Source of the DNA: a virus
Taxonomy: Duplodnaviria > Caudoviricetes
Length of the DNA: 64,000 nt
Strand: one strand, 5' to 3'
IMG/VR virus record: IMGVR_UViG_3300028585_000519
Location: 5,001 to 69,000 of that record
This document shows positions 9,014 through 18,884 of the stretch, one piece after another. The notes under the pieces were generated by a model. It had not been told where the DNA came from. It searched no databases and saw only the letters and a list, made by a program, of their open reading frames with translations. Both the position numbers and the translations under genes were made by a program. Each line of letters opens with the position of its first letter. Within the stretch, counting starts at the first letter, position 1.

Positions 9014-10357
9014 ATGTTACCCGCTATTCGCACGCTCGCCAGCGCCAAGCTGGCCTGGCACCTACTGGCCGAAACCGTCGCGCCCGGCGCCGCGCCCACG
9101 ACCCACCTGCGCGTGGTGAAGGGCGTGGCCAAGCAAGTGGTGCGCCGGGCTAAAAAGCTCCTCAGCAACGGGGCCAAGATTACGGGCGAGCTGATAATTC
9201 AGCTCGTGCGCCAGGCTACCCAGCGCCTGGCCAGCACGCCCACGCTCTGGAGCCAGGTGGTGATGACCGACGCCGGCGTGCCCGAGCTGCCGCCGCTCTA
9301 CACCAACGGCGTGGAGCTGGGGCAGAAGCGCGGCCTCACCGACCGCACCATCCGCACTCACATCCAGGAGCTCAAGCGGGCGGGTCTGATTACGCGCAGC
9401 AAGTACCGGGGCACCAACGCCAGCTATTGCCTGTGGATTAACCCCGATTTCGTGTGGGAAACCGCCCCAGCGGCCTCAGAAAGCGCAAAAACGAGCCCGC
9501 CGGAAAGCGCTTTTTTAAGCCCGTCAGGTATAAATCTTCCGCTTATAGAGGTTCTAGAAACTACTAGAAGCTCGAAATCTGCAATTAGCCAGGTGGAAAA
9601 GTTAGTAACCGCACGCGAGGTCGGCGAGGTGGACAAAACTGGAATCCCCTTTACTGGAAGCGCAGGGCCGCAGCCGGGCTCGGAGCCGGGCGCTCAGACG
9701 TCGAAATCAGGGGCTGGCGGGGCCGGCGCGGCGCGGGCCGAGCGTTTCCTCGAAAAAGCGGCCGCCTGCGGCACCGGGGCCCGGGAAGCCGAGAAGCGCC
9801 GGCTCGTGGAATGGTTCTGGAGCTACGCCAAAGCCGTGATTTACAAGGGCAAGGTCTTCAACGCCGAAGCCGAGCGCCAGGCCAAGAACGCCATTTGGTT
9901 CGGCGTCTTTGGGGCCTTCAGCACCGGCGAGCCCGCCGACTGGGAGAAGTGGCGCCCGGGCTTGCAGCGCCGTATCGAGCTGGCCGGGGCCTGGCTGGCC
10001 CGCAACCCAAGCTGCTACCCGGCAGCGCCTTACGCCGAAGTGCTGGCCGGCTGCGGCTACTTCGACGCCGGCAACGACCGGGGCTTTGCCCGCACCCTGG
10101 GCTGGTGGCGTACCGAGCAGGCCCGCCAGCGCCAAGGTGCCGTGGAGCGCGCCCTCGACGAAGCCCTGACCGAGCTGCATCAGCGCCGCCGCCTCGACGC
10201 CGGCCAGCGCCGGGTGCAGGCCAGCCGCCGCGCCCGCCAAAAAGACCTGCTGGAGCTGCACCGCTTCCACCACACCAAGCTGGCCCGCCTGGGCGGCGAC
10301 GACGCGCTGCTGCGCCTGGCCGCCCGCCTGCAAGCCGAACACATCCGGCTGTCCTAG
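9014..10357 (+). CDS. Phage replication initiator-like winged-HTH protein
   Basis: GVELGQKRGLTDRTIRTHIQELKRAGLI wHTH; position at the end of the early region. Confidence 0.65.
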   Translation: MLPAIRTLASAKLAWHLLAETVAPGAAPTTHLRVVKGVAKQVVRRAKKLLSNGAKITGELIIQLVRQATQRLASTPTLWSQVVMTDAGVPELPPLYTNGVELGQKRGLTDRTIRTHIQELKRAGLITRSKYRGTNASYCLWINPDFVWETAPAASESAKTSPPESAFLSPSGINLPLIEVLETTRSSKSAISQVEKLVTAREVGEVDKTGIPFTGSAGPQPGSEPGAQTSKSGAGGAGAARAERFLEKAAACGTGAREAEKRRLVEWFWSYAKAVIYKGKVFNAEAERQAKNAIWFGVFGAFSTGEPADWEKWRPGLQRRIELAGAWLARNPSCYPAAPYAEVLAGCGYFDAGNDRGFARTLGWWRTEQARQRQGAVERALDEALTELHQRRRLDAGQRRVQASRRARQKDLLELHRFHHTKLARLGGDDALLRLAARLQAEHIRLS

Positions 10358-10379
10358 TTATCCTTTTCTCAAAATAGTC

Positions 10380-10649
10380 ATGTCCGTTACTGCCCCCAAA
10401 CCCTCCGAATCCGGCCTCACCAAGTGCTGGGTGCTATTTCACAACCAAGCCAAGAAAACCTTCCGCTCGTACGACTCCAGCGGCCGCTACACCGTGGACG
10501 ACCCCCGGGCCTACGGCATCCGGGGCCTCAAGAAAATGGTGGACCGCTGGGGCGCCAAGGTCGTGAGCAAGGCCATTCTCTACGACGTGGCCAGCGGCCT
10601 GCCCATCGAGCAGTTTCAAGATGGGCAGTGGGTGCCCGCCCAGGCATGA
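10380..10649 (+). CDS. Hypothetical phage protein
   Basis: Operon context. Confidence 0.6.
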   Translation: MSVTAPKPSESGLTKCWVLFHNQAKKTFRSYDSSGRYTVDDPRAYGIRGLKKMVDRWGAKVVSKAILYDVASGLPIEQFQDGQWVPAQA

Positions 10650-11005
10650 GGCTGCCCCACCTGGACCAAAAGATTCCGCTGTACTGGGGCGAGGCCCAGC
10701 AGCTGGCCGCCGCCATCGAGTGGGTGCTGACCCCGCAGCTGCTGCCTCTCGTGCGGCCGACTTTGAAGATGGTGCTCAGCTTCGGGCCGCTCACGCGGGT
10801 GGGTACGCGCCTGCTGGCCCGCCAGCGCCAAGAGGCGTGCCGCAGCGGCTCACCGCCGCGTAAGCCCCGGCTCTTTACCCTGCGCTACGACGAGATAGCG
10901 GCGCTGCTCGTCATCCTGCCCAGCGCCCCGGCGGCGGGCGCGGCCTGGGGCGAGGTGCACCGGGCCAGCCTGAACCTGGAGCGCTTCATTGCCTTCGACG
11001 CCTAA
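10646..11005 (+). CDS. Hypothetical phage protein
   Basis: ATGA overlap with the upstream stop. Confidence 0.55.
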   Translation: MRLPHLDQKIPLYWGEAQQLAAAIEWVLTPQLLPLVRPTLKMVLSFGPLTRVGTRLLARQRQEACRSGSPPRKPRLFTLRYDEIAALLVILPSAPAAGAAWGEVHRASLNLERFIAFDA

Positions 11006-11429
11006 GGCCAGCGCGCCTAGCTGCCGAGCAGCAGGTGCAGTTGGTTGCCGAGCTGCAACTGCGCATTGACCAATTCGCGGCTCTGGTGCCCGCGCACGTA
11101 CTGCATGAGCAGGTGCAGGGCCCGGGTAGTAGGGGGCTGGTTAGCCGGGCGGGCTAGCACCTGGCGCACGGCGCGGGCGCGAAGCATTTTGGCATCCATA
11201 CAGAAAAAAGGAAGAGAGGTTGAAAAAGCGCGAAAAGGCAGCAAAGCTGCCTCAGAAAAAGCAGCAATATCGACCAATTTCGCCCAAGGCAGTGCAGCCC
11301 CATGTCAACTTTACTTTTTTGTCGCTCAAGGACTAAGTCCCGAAACGCCGGTAAGAAATTGTCGTGCCGGCTGCTCTTGGAAAGGTATATTTATTTCGCG
11401 GGGTAATGCTAGTTTTTATAGCGTAGGTT

Positions 11430-12026
11430 TTGCCCGTAGCTTTAGACTATTATCCCGTTCGCGTTCACCCTTTTCCTGTGGAGTACATCACCCTGCCCGT
11501 CGAGTCTCATGTTTTTCGCTTCCTGCTGGCCAACCAGGAGGAGGAGCATTACTTCCTCTCCGAAGCCGACCCCTTCGGCATGTACCTGCTACGCCTGCTC
11601 ATCGAGAACCCCATCGAGCGCCGGCGCGACGAGCAGGTGGCGGCCTACCCCGAGCGCTGGCCGGTGCAGCTGGGCAGCTACGAGGCCTGGGGCATTGGGG
11701 AGCCCAGCGGGAAGGTAGCGTACCTGTTTAACAGCTACATCAACAAGTTTCTGCTACGCGACCTGCACGGCTTCGTGCAGCAGGCCGTGGAAGACGGCAA
11801 GCAGGCCAAGCACGCCATCCAGGGCTTCATGGTCAAGTACGGCCTGCGCGAGGAGGACATCCAGTTCGAGACCTTGCAGAAGTCCTGGCAGCGCTACTGG
11901 TCGACCCGTAAGAACAGCAAGAAAAAGCGGGTGAGCCTGACGGGGCAACTGCCACTGAAGGAGCTGGAGAAACGCCTGCTGAAGACGTCCGCTGCGGCCC
12001 CGCAGTCAGCGGCCCGGGCGGCGTAA
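11430..12026 (+). CDS. Hypothetical protein, candidate late-gene activator
   Basis: Last gene before the structural block; helical basic C-terminus FMVKYGLREEDIQFETLQKSWQRY; function inferred from position. Confidence 0.6.
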   Translation: MPVALDYYPVRVHPFPVEYITLPVESHVFRFLLANQEEEHYFLSEADPFGMYLLRLLIENPIERRRDEQVAAYPERWPVQLGSYEAWGIGEPSGKVAYLFNSYINKFLLRDLHGFVQQAVEDGKQAKHAIQGFMVKYGLREEDIQFETLQKSWQRYWSTRKNSKKKRVSLTGQLPLKELEKRLLKTSAAAPQSAARAA

Positions 12027-12032
12027 AAAATC

Positions 12033-12093
12033 TCTAAAGCGTTTGTCCATTTTCTAAAGCGATTGTCCATTAAAAGTGCCCACTTTGTCCATT
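12033..12093 (+). repeat. Tandem direct repeats, about 20-bp period
   Basis: TCTAAAGCG(T/A)TTGTCCATT at 12033 and 12053, third TTTGTCCATT at 12084. Confidence 0.85.
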
Positions 12094-12736
12094 GGCTACC
12101 TCCCCTGATTTACCCGCGCTGAGCCAGGCTCCCAACCCGGGCCTGGCTGGCTACGTGGCCGCCTACTACCTGCCCCAGGCCGACCTGGCCGCCGACCCCG
12201 TGCTGGCGAGCCCCGGCCTGGTCTCGGCCGACTTGCAGCTGCTGCCCGGCGCGGGCTGGCGGGCGCTGCCCTACACCACCCACACGCTCAAGCTGGAGGA
12301 GACGCCCAAGACTGAGCGCGGCGTGACCACCTACCAGGTGCGCGCCACGGCCCAGCGCCCGCAGCCCAGCCCCGGCGTGCTGGCCACGCTGGCCAGCCTC
12401 GACCGCCGGCCGCTGCTACTCTTGCTGGTAGAGGCCGGCGGCGGGCGCCGGCTCGTAGGCTCGCGCGAGGAGTACCTGCTGCTGAGCACGACGGGGGAGG
12501 GGCAGAACCCGGCCAGCAAGTCGGGCCTGGAGCTGCGCTTCGAAGGCGCGGCCACCCGGCGGGCGCCCTACTACCAGGGCGCCGTGCCGGTGCTGGACGG
12601 GTCGGCACTGCCGCCGCTGGCCGGCACCGGCGGCTACGTCGAGATTCGCGACAAGCGGGGCAACCTCATGGCGCGCGTGCCGGCGGGCACGGTGGTGACG
12701 GTGGCCAGCGGCTTTCGGGTGGTGCTGAGCTACTAA
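12092..12736 (+). CDS. Putative virion protein
   Basis: N-terminus (PGLAGYVAAYYLP) resembles that of the 18299 tail-like protein (PGLKGLIYLAP). Confidence 0.6.
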   Translation: MATSPDLPALSQAPNPGLAGYVAAYYLPQADLAADPVLASPGLVSADLQLLPGAGWRALPYTTHTLKLEETPKTERGVTTYQVRATAQRPQPSPGVLATLASLDRRPLLLLLVEAGGGRRLVGSREEYLLLSTTGEGQNPASKSGLELRFEGAATRRAPYYQGAVPVLDGSALPPLAGTGGYVEIRDKRGNLMARVPAGTVVTVASGFRVVLSY

Positions 12737-12771
12737 GTCCTTTCCAGCGGCGAGCGGGGCGGCCAAGTTTG
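12737..12771 (+). promoter_or_regulatory. Phage late promoter motif, copy 1
   Basis: GTCCTTT-N20-CAAGTTTG, ATG 4 nt downstream. Confidence 0.75.
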
Positions 12772-12775
12772 TACT

Positions 12776-14650
12776 ATGGCTGTACTGAGCAAGCAGGAGT
12801 TTAAAGAAAAGTGGGGGGGTAAGTTCGCCGACAACACCATCCAGGACATCGACGAGGCGATGCTGCGCGACTTTCGCCAGGACATCGCCGATACGTTTGC
12901 CCACGTGGGGGCCATCAGTGCGCCCACGGCGCCGGACTACGACGCCGGGGCGATATACGCCAAGGGCGCGCTCGTGCTCTTCGGGCTACCTAACAAGTTG
13001 TTCTACCAAGCCAAGGTGCCGGGTCTGCTGCCCACCCCCACGCCCGTCGAGGAAACGGCCGAGTGGCTGCCGGTGGCCCCGCCACTCTCGCCGCTGCTGC
13101 CCTACCGCGAAATGCCGGTGCTGCAGGCGCAGGATTATAGTAGTAATGGCCTGCTGGAGCCGAGTACCTTATACCGCCTCACCGGCCGCGTGGATGCCGC
13201 TGGCGCGGCGCTCGATGACGTACTCGTGGCGGCAGTGAGCCGCCACCAGGTGGCGGGGGCAGATGCGTACGCCATCCATGTTGACCCGCAGACCCGCCAG
13301 GAGCAGCTGCTGGCGGTGAGCTACGAGCTGGCCACCGACATCACCTCGCCACGCACGGGCGGCGCAGTAGCGTTGCCTGTTTTCGTCGATGAGAACGGCA
13401 ACATCATCGTTGGCGTCAACGCCAGCCACAGCATAGCTGGCAACTTCAACACCATCATCGGTGGCGAGGATTGCCATATTGACCACCCGGCCAGCTCGTT
13501 CAACTACATCTCCTCCAGCACCGGCGTGCAGATTCTAGCGGGCCGCGATAACTCGGTGAGCAGCAGGCGGGGCGGCACTATCGAAGGCGGCCGAAGCAAC
13601 ACCATCGTCGGCGGCGGCGGCGTCATCCCAGCCACTTGCTCCGGCGTGACGCTCATTAACTGCGCCGATTTCATAGCCCCGGCCGGGGTGAATGATGCCA
13701 CCTACATCAACAACGTGCTGGTCGGGGGGAGCAGCGGCGCGGCGCGGGTGCAGCTCACCACCGAGCCGGGCCGGCGCGTGGCCGTGCTGGCCGTGGAGTC
13801 GAACCAGCTGGCCATTTCCAGCGTGCGCCTGTTCGACAATGCCAGCGCGGCCAACTTCCAGCTCAACAAGCGGGTGGGCGGCAACTGGGCTCCCGGCACG
13901 CAGCTGCCGCTGAGCAGCCTCAACGCGGCAATCAGCGCCCTGACGCCGGCCGAACTCACGGCGGGCGCGGAAATTGAAATCGAAACCCAGCAAACGGGCG
14001 AGCAGGCCAACCAATTTCTGGCCCTGTTCTCGCTCGCCGGCCGCAGCGGCACGCTGCTGCTGCTCGGTACCCGGCCAGCGCGGCGCGTCTACAACCCCGA
14101 CGTGTCGCCCCAGCCGCAGCGAGGCTTGCTATTCAATGCCCCCGGCAGCACGCAGCAGCGGTTCTCCTTTCCCACGCCCGCCCTGACGGAGGCTACGCTG
14201 ACCTTTTGGGTGCGGCGTAACCAGGCCTTCGATGCGGGCACGGAGTATTGGTGCGTGAGTGGCCGGCCGGCCACCAATGCGTACCTGACCGGCGATAGCT
14301 CTTTCAACCTGCTCTATTACAGCGATGGGGTGAGCTTCAGCACCTGCGCCCTGGGTATGCCCACGGGCCTCTGGAAACGCGTGACGGTTTTGCTCACCAA
14401 CGTGGTAGCGGGCGAAATCACTATCAACGGCTCGTCGTCGGCCAGCGGCATCAGCGGCCTAGTCAACCTGGAATACCACGACGTGCGCCTGTATTCGCGC
14501 CACTTCAGTATCGACGAGCGCAACAACCGCACGGCCGCGCCCACCGACTCGCTGCTGGCCCGCTTCACCCTGCCTTACGACCTGGATACGAGTGTGCCGG
14601 TACTGGACGAGTCCGGCCACGGCGCCACGGGTACCCTTTCCAATTTCTAA
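12776..14650 (+). CDS. Putative receptor-binding or fibre protein
   Basis: CBM5/12-like DYDAGAIYAKGALV...TAEWLP, Gly/Asn-rich beta-helix-like middle, LamG-like C-terminus (TLTFWVRR...YHDVRLYSR). Confidence 0.55.
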   Translation: MAVLSKQEFKEKWGGKFADNTIQDIDEAMLRDFRQDIADTFAHVGAISAPTAPDYDAGAIYAKGALVLFGLPNKLFYQAKVPGLLPTPTPVEETAEWLPVAPPLSPLLPYREMPVLQAQDYSSNGLLEPSTLYRLTGRVDAAGAALDDVLVAAVSRHQVAGADAYAIHVDPQTRQEQLLAVSYELATDITSPRTGGAVALPVFVDENGNIIVGVNASHSIAGNFNTIIGGEDCHIDHPASSFNYISSSTGVQILAGRDNSVSSRRGGTIEGGRSNTIVGGGGVIPATCSGVTLINCADFIAPAGVNDATYINNVLVGGSSGAARVQLTTEPGRRVAVLAVESNQLAISSVRLFDNASAANFQLNKRVGGNWAPGTQLPLSSLNAAISALTPAELTAGAEIEIETQQTGEQANQFLALFSLAGRSGTLLLLGTRPARRVYNPDVSPQPQRGLLFNAPGSTQQRFSFPTPALTEATLTFWVRRNQAFDAGTEYWCVSGRPATNAYLTGDSSFNLLYYSDGVSFSTCALGMPTGLWKRVTVLLTNVVAGEITINGSSSASGISGLVNLEYHDVRLYSRHFSIDERNNRTAAPTDSLLARFTLPYDLDTSVPVLDESGHGATGTLSNF

Positions 14651-14660
14651 GTTTAGTACA

Positions 14661-15161
14661 ATGGCTTTTCTTACTTCCGCCCATAAGCACCTCGAATTAC
14701 GCGTCGATGACGTGGTGCATGCCGAAACCCGAGTGGGCCAGGTGGCCCGCGTGTGGAGCCTGCACCACGAGCAGGACGATGCCGGGATATGCCGGGTCGA
14801 AATCGGCGTTAAACTGCTGCTCTTTAGCCTCGCTAGTAACGAGTTGAATGAGCGCCTGCCCGAAACGCGGTTTGTGACGTTGAAAACCGTGCTCAAGGGC
14901 AACAACGACACGCTGGTGGAGCACCGGACGGGCCGCATCCTGGCCATCCGCGACGTGCCGGGCAACGCGGGTACGGCCGTCACGCCGCATACGGCCGACT
15001 CGGCCGACTGGGGCGCGCTGTGCCGCTCCTTCGAGGTCGATACCATGCTGCAAGGCGACTGGTTCGAGGAAATTCGCGACGGCCGGGCCATCATCACCGG
15101 CGAGTGGATTGTGGCCAACCTGCAGCAGGCCTATCAGATGGGCCGCTTCTCCCAGCCATGA
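14661..15161 (+). CDS. Hypothetical phage late protein
   Basis: Follows the fibre gene in the same unit. Confidence 0.6.
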   Translation: MAFLTSAHKHLELRVDDVVHAETRVGQVARVWSLHHEQDDAGICRVEIGVKLLLFSLASNELNERLPETRFVTLKTVLKGNNDTLVEHRTGRILAIRDVPGNAGTAVTPHTADSADWGALCRSFEVDTMLQGDWFEEIRDGRAIITGEWIVANLQQAYQMGRFSQP

Positions 15162-15238
15162 GTTTTCCCGCCTGGTGGCTGCTCGTGCCGCTCGTGGCGT
15201 TGCTGGCCACCGTCCTCTACCGCGCTAGCCGGCGCTAG
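15158..15238 (+). CDS. 26-aa single-TM peptide
   Basis: MSFPAWWLLVPLVALLATVLYRASRR; ATGA overlap; followed by a terminator. Confidence 0.45.
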   Translation: MSFPAWWLLVPLVALLATVLYRASRR

Positions 15239-15245
15239 CTCACCC

Positions 15246-15273
15246 GCCCCGACCGCCTTGGTCGGGGCTTTTT
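15246..15273 (+). terminator. Intrinsic terminator
   Basis: GCCCCGACC/GGTCGGGGC stem plus T tract. Confidence 0.8.
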
Positions 15274-15276
15274 GCT

Positions 15277-15311
15277 GTCCTTTTTGCCGGCAATTGCCAC
15301 CGGCAGCTTTG
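15277..15311 (+). promoter_or_regulatory. Phage late promoter motif, copy 2
   Basis: GTCCTTT-N20-CAGCTTTG with GGCAATTGCC in the spacer. Confidence 0.75.
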
Positions 15312-15331
15312 CATCGTCTTAGCTACCCACG

Positions 15332-16684
15332 ATGCGCTCTACTAATCTGCTCGCCGTTATCCTCGGCTCCCCCTTCATGATGCAGCACCAGGCGGTGCTG
15401 GGCTACCTGCCCCAGGTGGCCATGCTGATGCGTGGGGAAGGCGTGCAGCAGCAGGGGCCGCTGGCCAAGCGCCGGATGCGCCCCACCATGATAGCCGAGC
15501 TGACGCCGGTCGGCGCCGCCACGGTGGCGGGCCGCAAGCGTGTGAAGGGCTACGACGAAGCGCCGGAAGGCTCGGTGGCCGTGCACTCGCTCAAGGGCGT
15601 GATGCTCAAGGATGACCAGATAGGGCTGTGCCAGGATGTGCCCGGTACGGCGAGCCTGGGCCGGGCCATGCTGGCGGCCGACGCCCACGAGAACGTGGTG
15701 GCCCACGTGCTGGCCATCGACTCGGGCGGGGGCAGCGTCGACGGCACGGCCGAGTACGGCGCCCTGATTAAGGGCCTGACCAAGCCGGTCGTGGCCTACT
15801 CCGATGGCATCATCGCCTCGGCCGCCTACTGGGCGGCCTCGAGCTGCGCCAAAATTGTGCTCAATAACAGCACGTGCGCGGTGGGTTCCATCGGCGTGAT
15901 GTGCAGCGTGGCCGACTACAAGCCCATGCTGGAGAAGCTGGGCGTCGTGTTTCACGACCTGCGCGCCGATGACTCGGACGAGAAAAACGAGGACTTCCGC
16001 CAGCTCATGGAGGGCAACCACAAGCCCTACATCGAGAACGTACTCAACCCGTTGCGCGAGATGTTCGCCAGCACCGTGAAGGAGAATCGCCCGCAGCTCG
16101 CCACCAAAGAGGGCGAAAAGCTGCTGCACGGCTCCATGTATTTCGCCAACGCGGCCGTGGCCGATGGCCTGGCCGACGAAATCGGCCCCTTCAGCCGCGC
16201 CGTGGAGCTAGCCCTGGAGCTAGCCGAGGCCGGCGACCCCACCACCGGCGCCGCCGGCGGCAACTCTGCCACCACTTCAACCCAACCCCCCATGTTCGGG
16301 AAAAACAAATTTCCGGCCGTCGCCGCACTGGCCGGCCTTTCGGGCGCTGCCCTCACCCCGGAGCTGGTATCAGCCGCCAATGACGAGCTGGAGACTGCCG
16401 GCATTTTGGGCGCCGCCCTGGTGACGGAGGCCAGCCTTACTACGCTGCAAAACGACAGCACGGCCTGGAACGCGGCCCACACGGCCCTCGAAGCCGCCGG
16501 CGCGACCGACGTGGTCGCCCTGGCCGCCGACCGCGACAAATACAAGGCGGAGGCCGCCGCCTTTGGCAATCAGCCGGGCGTGCTGCCCACCAGCTCTACC
16601 AAGACCGGCACCGACGTGGCCGAAGGCGGCGATGCCAACGACAAGCTCGTGAACGACCTGCACGAGAAGATGCTCAACGGCTAG
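15332..16684 (+). CDS. S49-family prohead protease with scaffold-like C-terminus
   Basis: IDSGGGSVDG, IASAAYWAAS, VGSIGV motifs; directly upstream of the capsid gene. Confidence 0.88.
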   Translation: MRSTNLLAVILGSPFMMQHQAVLGYLPQVAMLMRGEGVQQQGPLAKRRMRPTMIAELTPVGAATVAGRKRVKGYDEAPEGSVAVHSLKGVMLKDDQIGLCQDVPGTASLGRAMLAADAHENVVAHVLAIDSGGGSVDGTAEYGALIKGLTKPVVAYSDGIIASAAYWAASSCAKIVLNNSTCAVGSIGVMCSVADYKPMLEKLGVVFHDLRADDSDEKNEDFRQLMEGNHKPYIENVLNPLREMFASTVKENRPQLATKEGEKLLHGSMYFANAAVADGLADEIGPFSRAVELALELAEAGDPTTGAAGGNSATTSTQPPMFGKNKFPAVAALAGLSGAALTPELVSAANDELETAGILGAALVTEASLTTLQNDSTAWNAAHTALEAAGATDVVALAADRDKYKAEAAAFGNQPGVLPTSSTKTGTDVAEGGDANDKLVNDLHEKMLNG

Positions 16685-16726
16685 TGCCCTAGTATTCCTT
16701 TTTATCAACGTTTTAAGTTACTACCG

Positions 16727-17683
16727 ATGGCCTTAGAAACCGCCGACATCAAAGCCCAATTTGGGGCTTACTACCTCAACAACGGCCAGAACCTGGCGCG
16801 GCTCTACGAGCTGCTGCGCCGGGCCACGTCCACGGAGGCCATGTTCTCGCCCATCAACACGGACGATACCATCTGGCGGGCGGCTAAGTCGCTCTACACC
16901 CGCGTGGTGCAGCCCTTCCAGAAGGCGTTTACGCCCCTGGCCAGCGTCACGTTCGTGCCGGTGGAGATTAAGCAGTTCAAGATTAAGGTCGATGCCCAGG
17001 AGTATCCCGACGACCTGGAGGCGAGCTGGCTGGGTTTCCTCGACGGCGAGGATATTGACCGCAAGGCCTGGCCCTTCGTGCGCTGGTACACCGAGCAGTA
17101 CCTGATTCCGCAGATTAAGCAGGACATCGAGCTGCTCGAAATCTACCAGGGCGTACGCGTGGAGCCCGTCAACGGCGTAGCCGGGGCTGCTGGCACGAGC
17201 CTGGACGGTCTGAAAAAAACCATCAACAGCCACATCAACGCCGGCCGCATCACGCCCATCGCCACCGGCGCGCTGGAGACTGAACCGCTCGCCTTCGTTG
17301 ACCAGATGGAGGAGTGGGCCGACGGCATCGACAAGGCTTACTGGAACATTCCCATGATTCTGGGCGCCTCGGAAACGGTGGCGCGCCGCTTCTTACGCGG
17401 CCAGGAGCGCAAATATGGCAAGAACACCGGTGGCGGTGCCCTGGGCCTGACCATCAACAACACCAACATCACCCTGGCTGGCCTGCCATCGCACCAAAAC
17501 ACCGACAAGTTCTGGTGCACGCCCAAGGCCAACGCCGTGATGCTGCGCAAGCGCATCCAGAATCAGACGAAGGTGCAGGTGGAAAATGTCGACCGCCTGC
17601 TCAAGTTCTTCACGGACTTCAGCATGGGCATCGGCTTCATCATCCCCGAAATCGTCTTTACCAACGACCTCGACCTGGTCTAG
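16727..17683 (+). CDS. Major capsid protein (putative)
   Basis: 318 aa, directly after the protease. Confidence 0.7.
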   Translation: MALETADIKAQFGAYYLNNGQNLARLYELLRRATSTEAMFSPINTDDTIWRAAKSLYTRVVQPFQKAFTPLASVTFVPVEIKQFKIKVDAQEYPDDLEASWLGFLDGEDIDRKAWPFVRWYTEQYLIPQIKQDIELLEIYQGVRVEPVNGVAGAAGTSLDGLKKTINSHINAGRITPIATGALETEPLAFVDQMEEWADGIDKAYWNIPMILGASETVARRFLRGQERKYGKNTGGGALGLTINNTNITLAGLPSHQNTDKFWCTPKANAVMLRKRIQNQTKVQVENVDRLLKFFTDFSMGIGFIIPEIVFTNDLDLV

Positions 17684-17774
17684 GCTAAGGCGGCGGCCGG
17701 CCCAGCTCTACGGAGCGGGTCGGCACGTCGCACAAGGGTACGCGTGTTTTTCCACCAGTAACTAATTGCCACTC

Positions 17775-18251
17775 ATGGCTGAAGCAACCAACGAGGCAGC
17801 GCTACAAGAGCAGAATGCCCAATACAAAAAAGACCTGGAGAAAGCCCAAAAGGCGCTCACGAAGGCCCAGGAGGTGCACGAAAAAGAGGTGACTACCCTT
17901 AAGGAGGAGCATTCTAAAGAGGTAGTGGCGCTGCAGGAAAAGGCGACGGAGCTGCAAAACCAGCTCACCGACGAGCGCCAGCGCTCGGGTGATTTGGCCG
18001 CCGACCTTAACGAGTCGGAAAACCTGACTGAAGAGCTGCAAACCAAGCTCAAGCGGGCCGAGACTATCCAGGCCGAGAGCGATACGCTCATCGTGTCGGA
18101 CGGCACCGACGACTATAAAGTGCTGCTCAAAAGCTTCAAATTCAAGGGCCAGGGCTACAAGGCCGAGGAGCTGAAGGATAACGAGGTGTTCGTGCAGCAG
18201 CTTGTCGCCGCCGGCGTCGGCTTCCTGCAAAAAATTAAGGCCGGGGAGTAG
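17775..18251 (+). CDS. Coiled-coil phage head-associated protein
   Basis: Long E/K/Q-rich heptad region after the capsid gene. Confidence 0.65.
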   Translation: MAEATNEAALQEQNAQYKKDLEKAQKALTKAQEVHEKEVTTLKEEHSKEVVALQEKATELQNQLTDERQRSGDLAADLNESENLTEELQTKLKRAETIQAESDTLIVSDGTDDYKVLLKSFKFKGQGYKAEELKDNEVFVQQLVAAGVGFLQKIKAGE

Positions 18252-18298
18252 GCGCTCCCCGGTTCATTCATTCACTTTTAAGGTAAGGAGCCGCACGC

Positions 18299-18880
18299 AT
18301 GGCCACACTTAACAACTTGCCCGGTACCGGCGGTAAAGACAACCAGCCGGGCCTGAAGGGCCTCATCTACCTCGCGCCGGAGGACTGGTTTTCCTCCATC
18401 AAGGAGCTGAAGAAAACCGAGGAGCCCGGCGACTCGGTCACCATCGACGGCTCGCACACCTTCCTGCCGGGCAAGGGCTTTCTGACGGCCTACGCCACCC
18501 AGGACACGGCCGGCCTCAAGCTCGACCCCACCGGCGAGCGCGACAGCCGGGGCTACAAGGCCGGCCTGGAGTTTTTCAACCCCGGCAACACGAAGGAGGC
18601 GGCCGAGTTCATGCGCATCGTGAAAAACACGAGCTGCATTATCCTGGTCAAAACGCCCGATGGCGTGGTGCAGCAGGTGGGCGGCAAAGACCTGGGCGCC
18701 GAAATCGTCGGCAGCTGGGACTCGGGCAAGCTCTCGGGCGGCAAGCGCGGCACCATGTTCAAGGCCGAGGCTTATCAGCAGGGTAATCAGTTCTACGAGG
18801 GCGACATTGCCCTGCTCGACGGCAGTAAGGTCAACGCGGGTACCGGCGTGGTAACGCCGGCCCCGACTACCACCACCTAA
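18299..18880 (+). CDS. Major tail tube-like protein (putative)
   Basis: Size, beta-rich Gly-rich composition and position. Confidence 0.5.
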   Translation: MATLNNLPGTGGKDNQPGLKGLIYLAPEDWFSSIKELKKTEEPGDSVTIDGSHTFLPGKGFLTAYATQDTAGLKLDPTGERDSRGYKAGLEFFNPGNTKEAAEFMRIVKNTSCIILVKTPDGVVQQVGGKDLGAEIVGSWDSGKLSGGKRGTMFKAEAYQQGNQFYEGDIALLDGSKVNAGTGVVTPAPTTTT

Positions 18881-18884
18881 GCCC

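Noticed and set aside
11017-11199. Small antisense ORF between the early genes and the candidate activator
   Set aside because: Possible but unsupported: no motif or clear promoter
16682-16727. S49 protease and capsid are in frame, separated by TAG and 14 open codons (possible readthrough fusion)
   Set aside because: Sharing a frame has a one-in-three chance, and the spacer is an ordinary AT-rich leader
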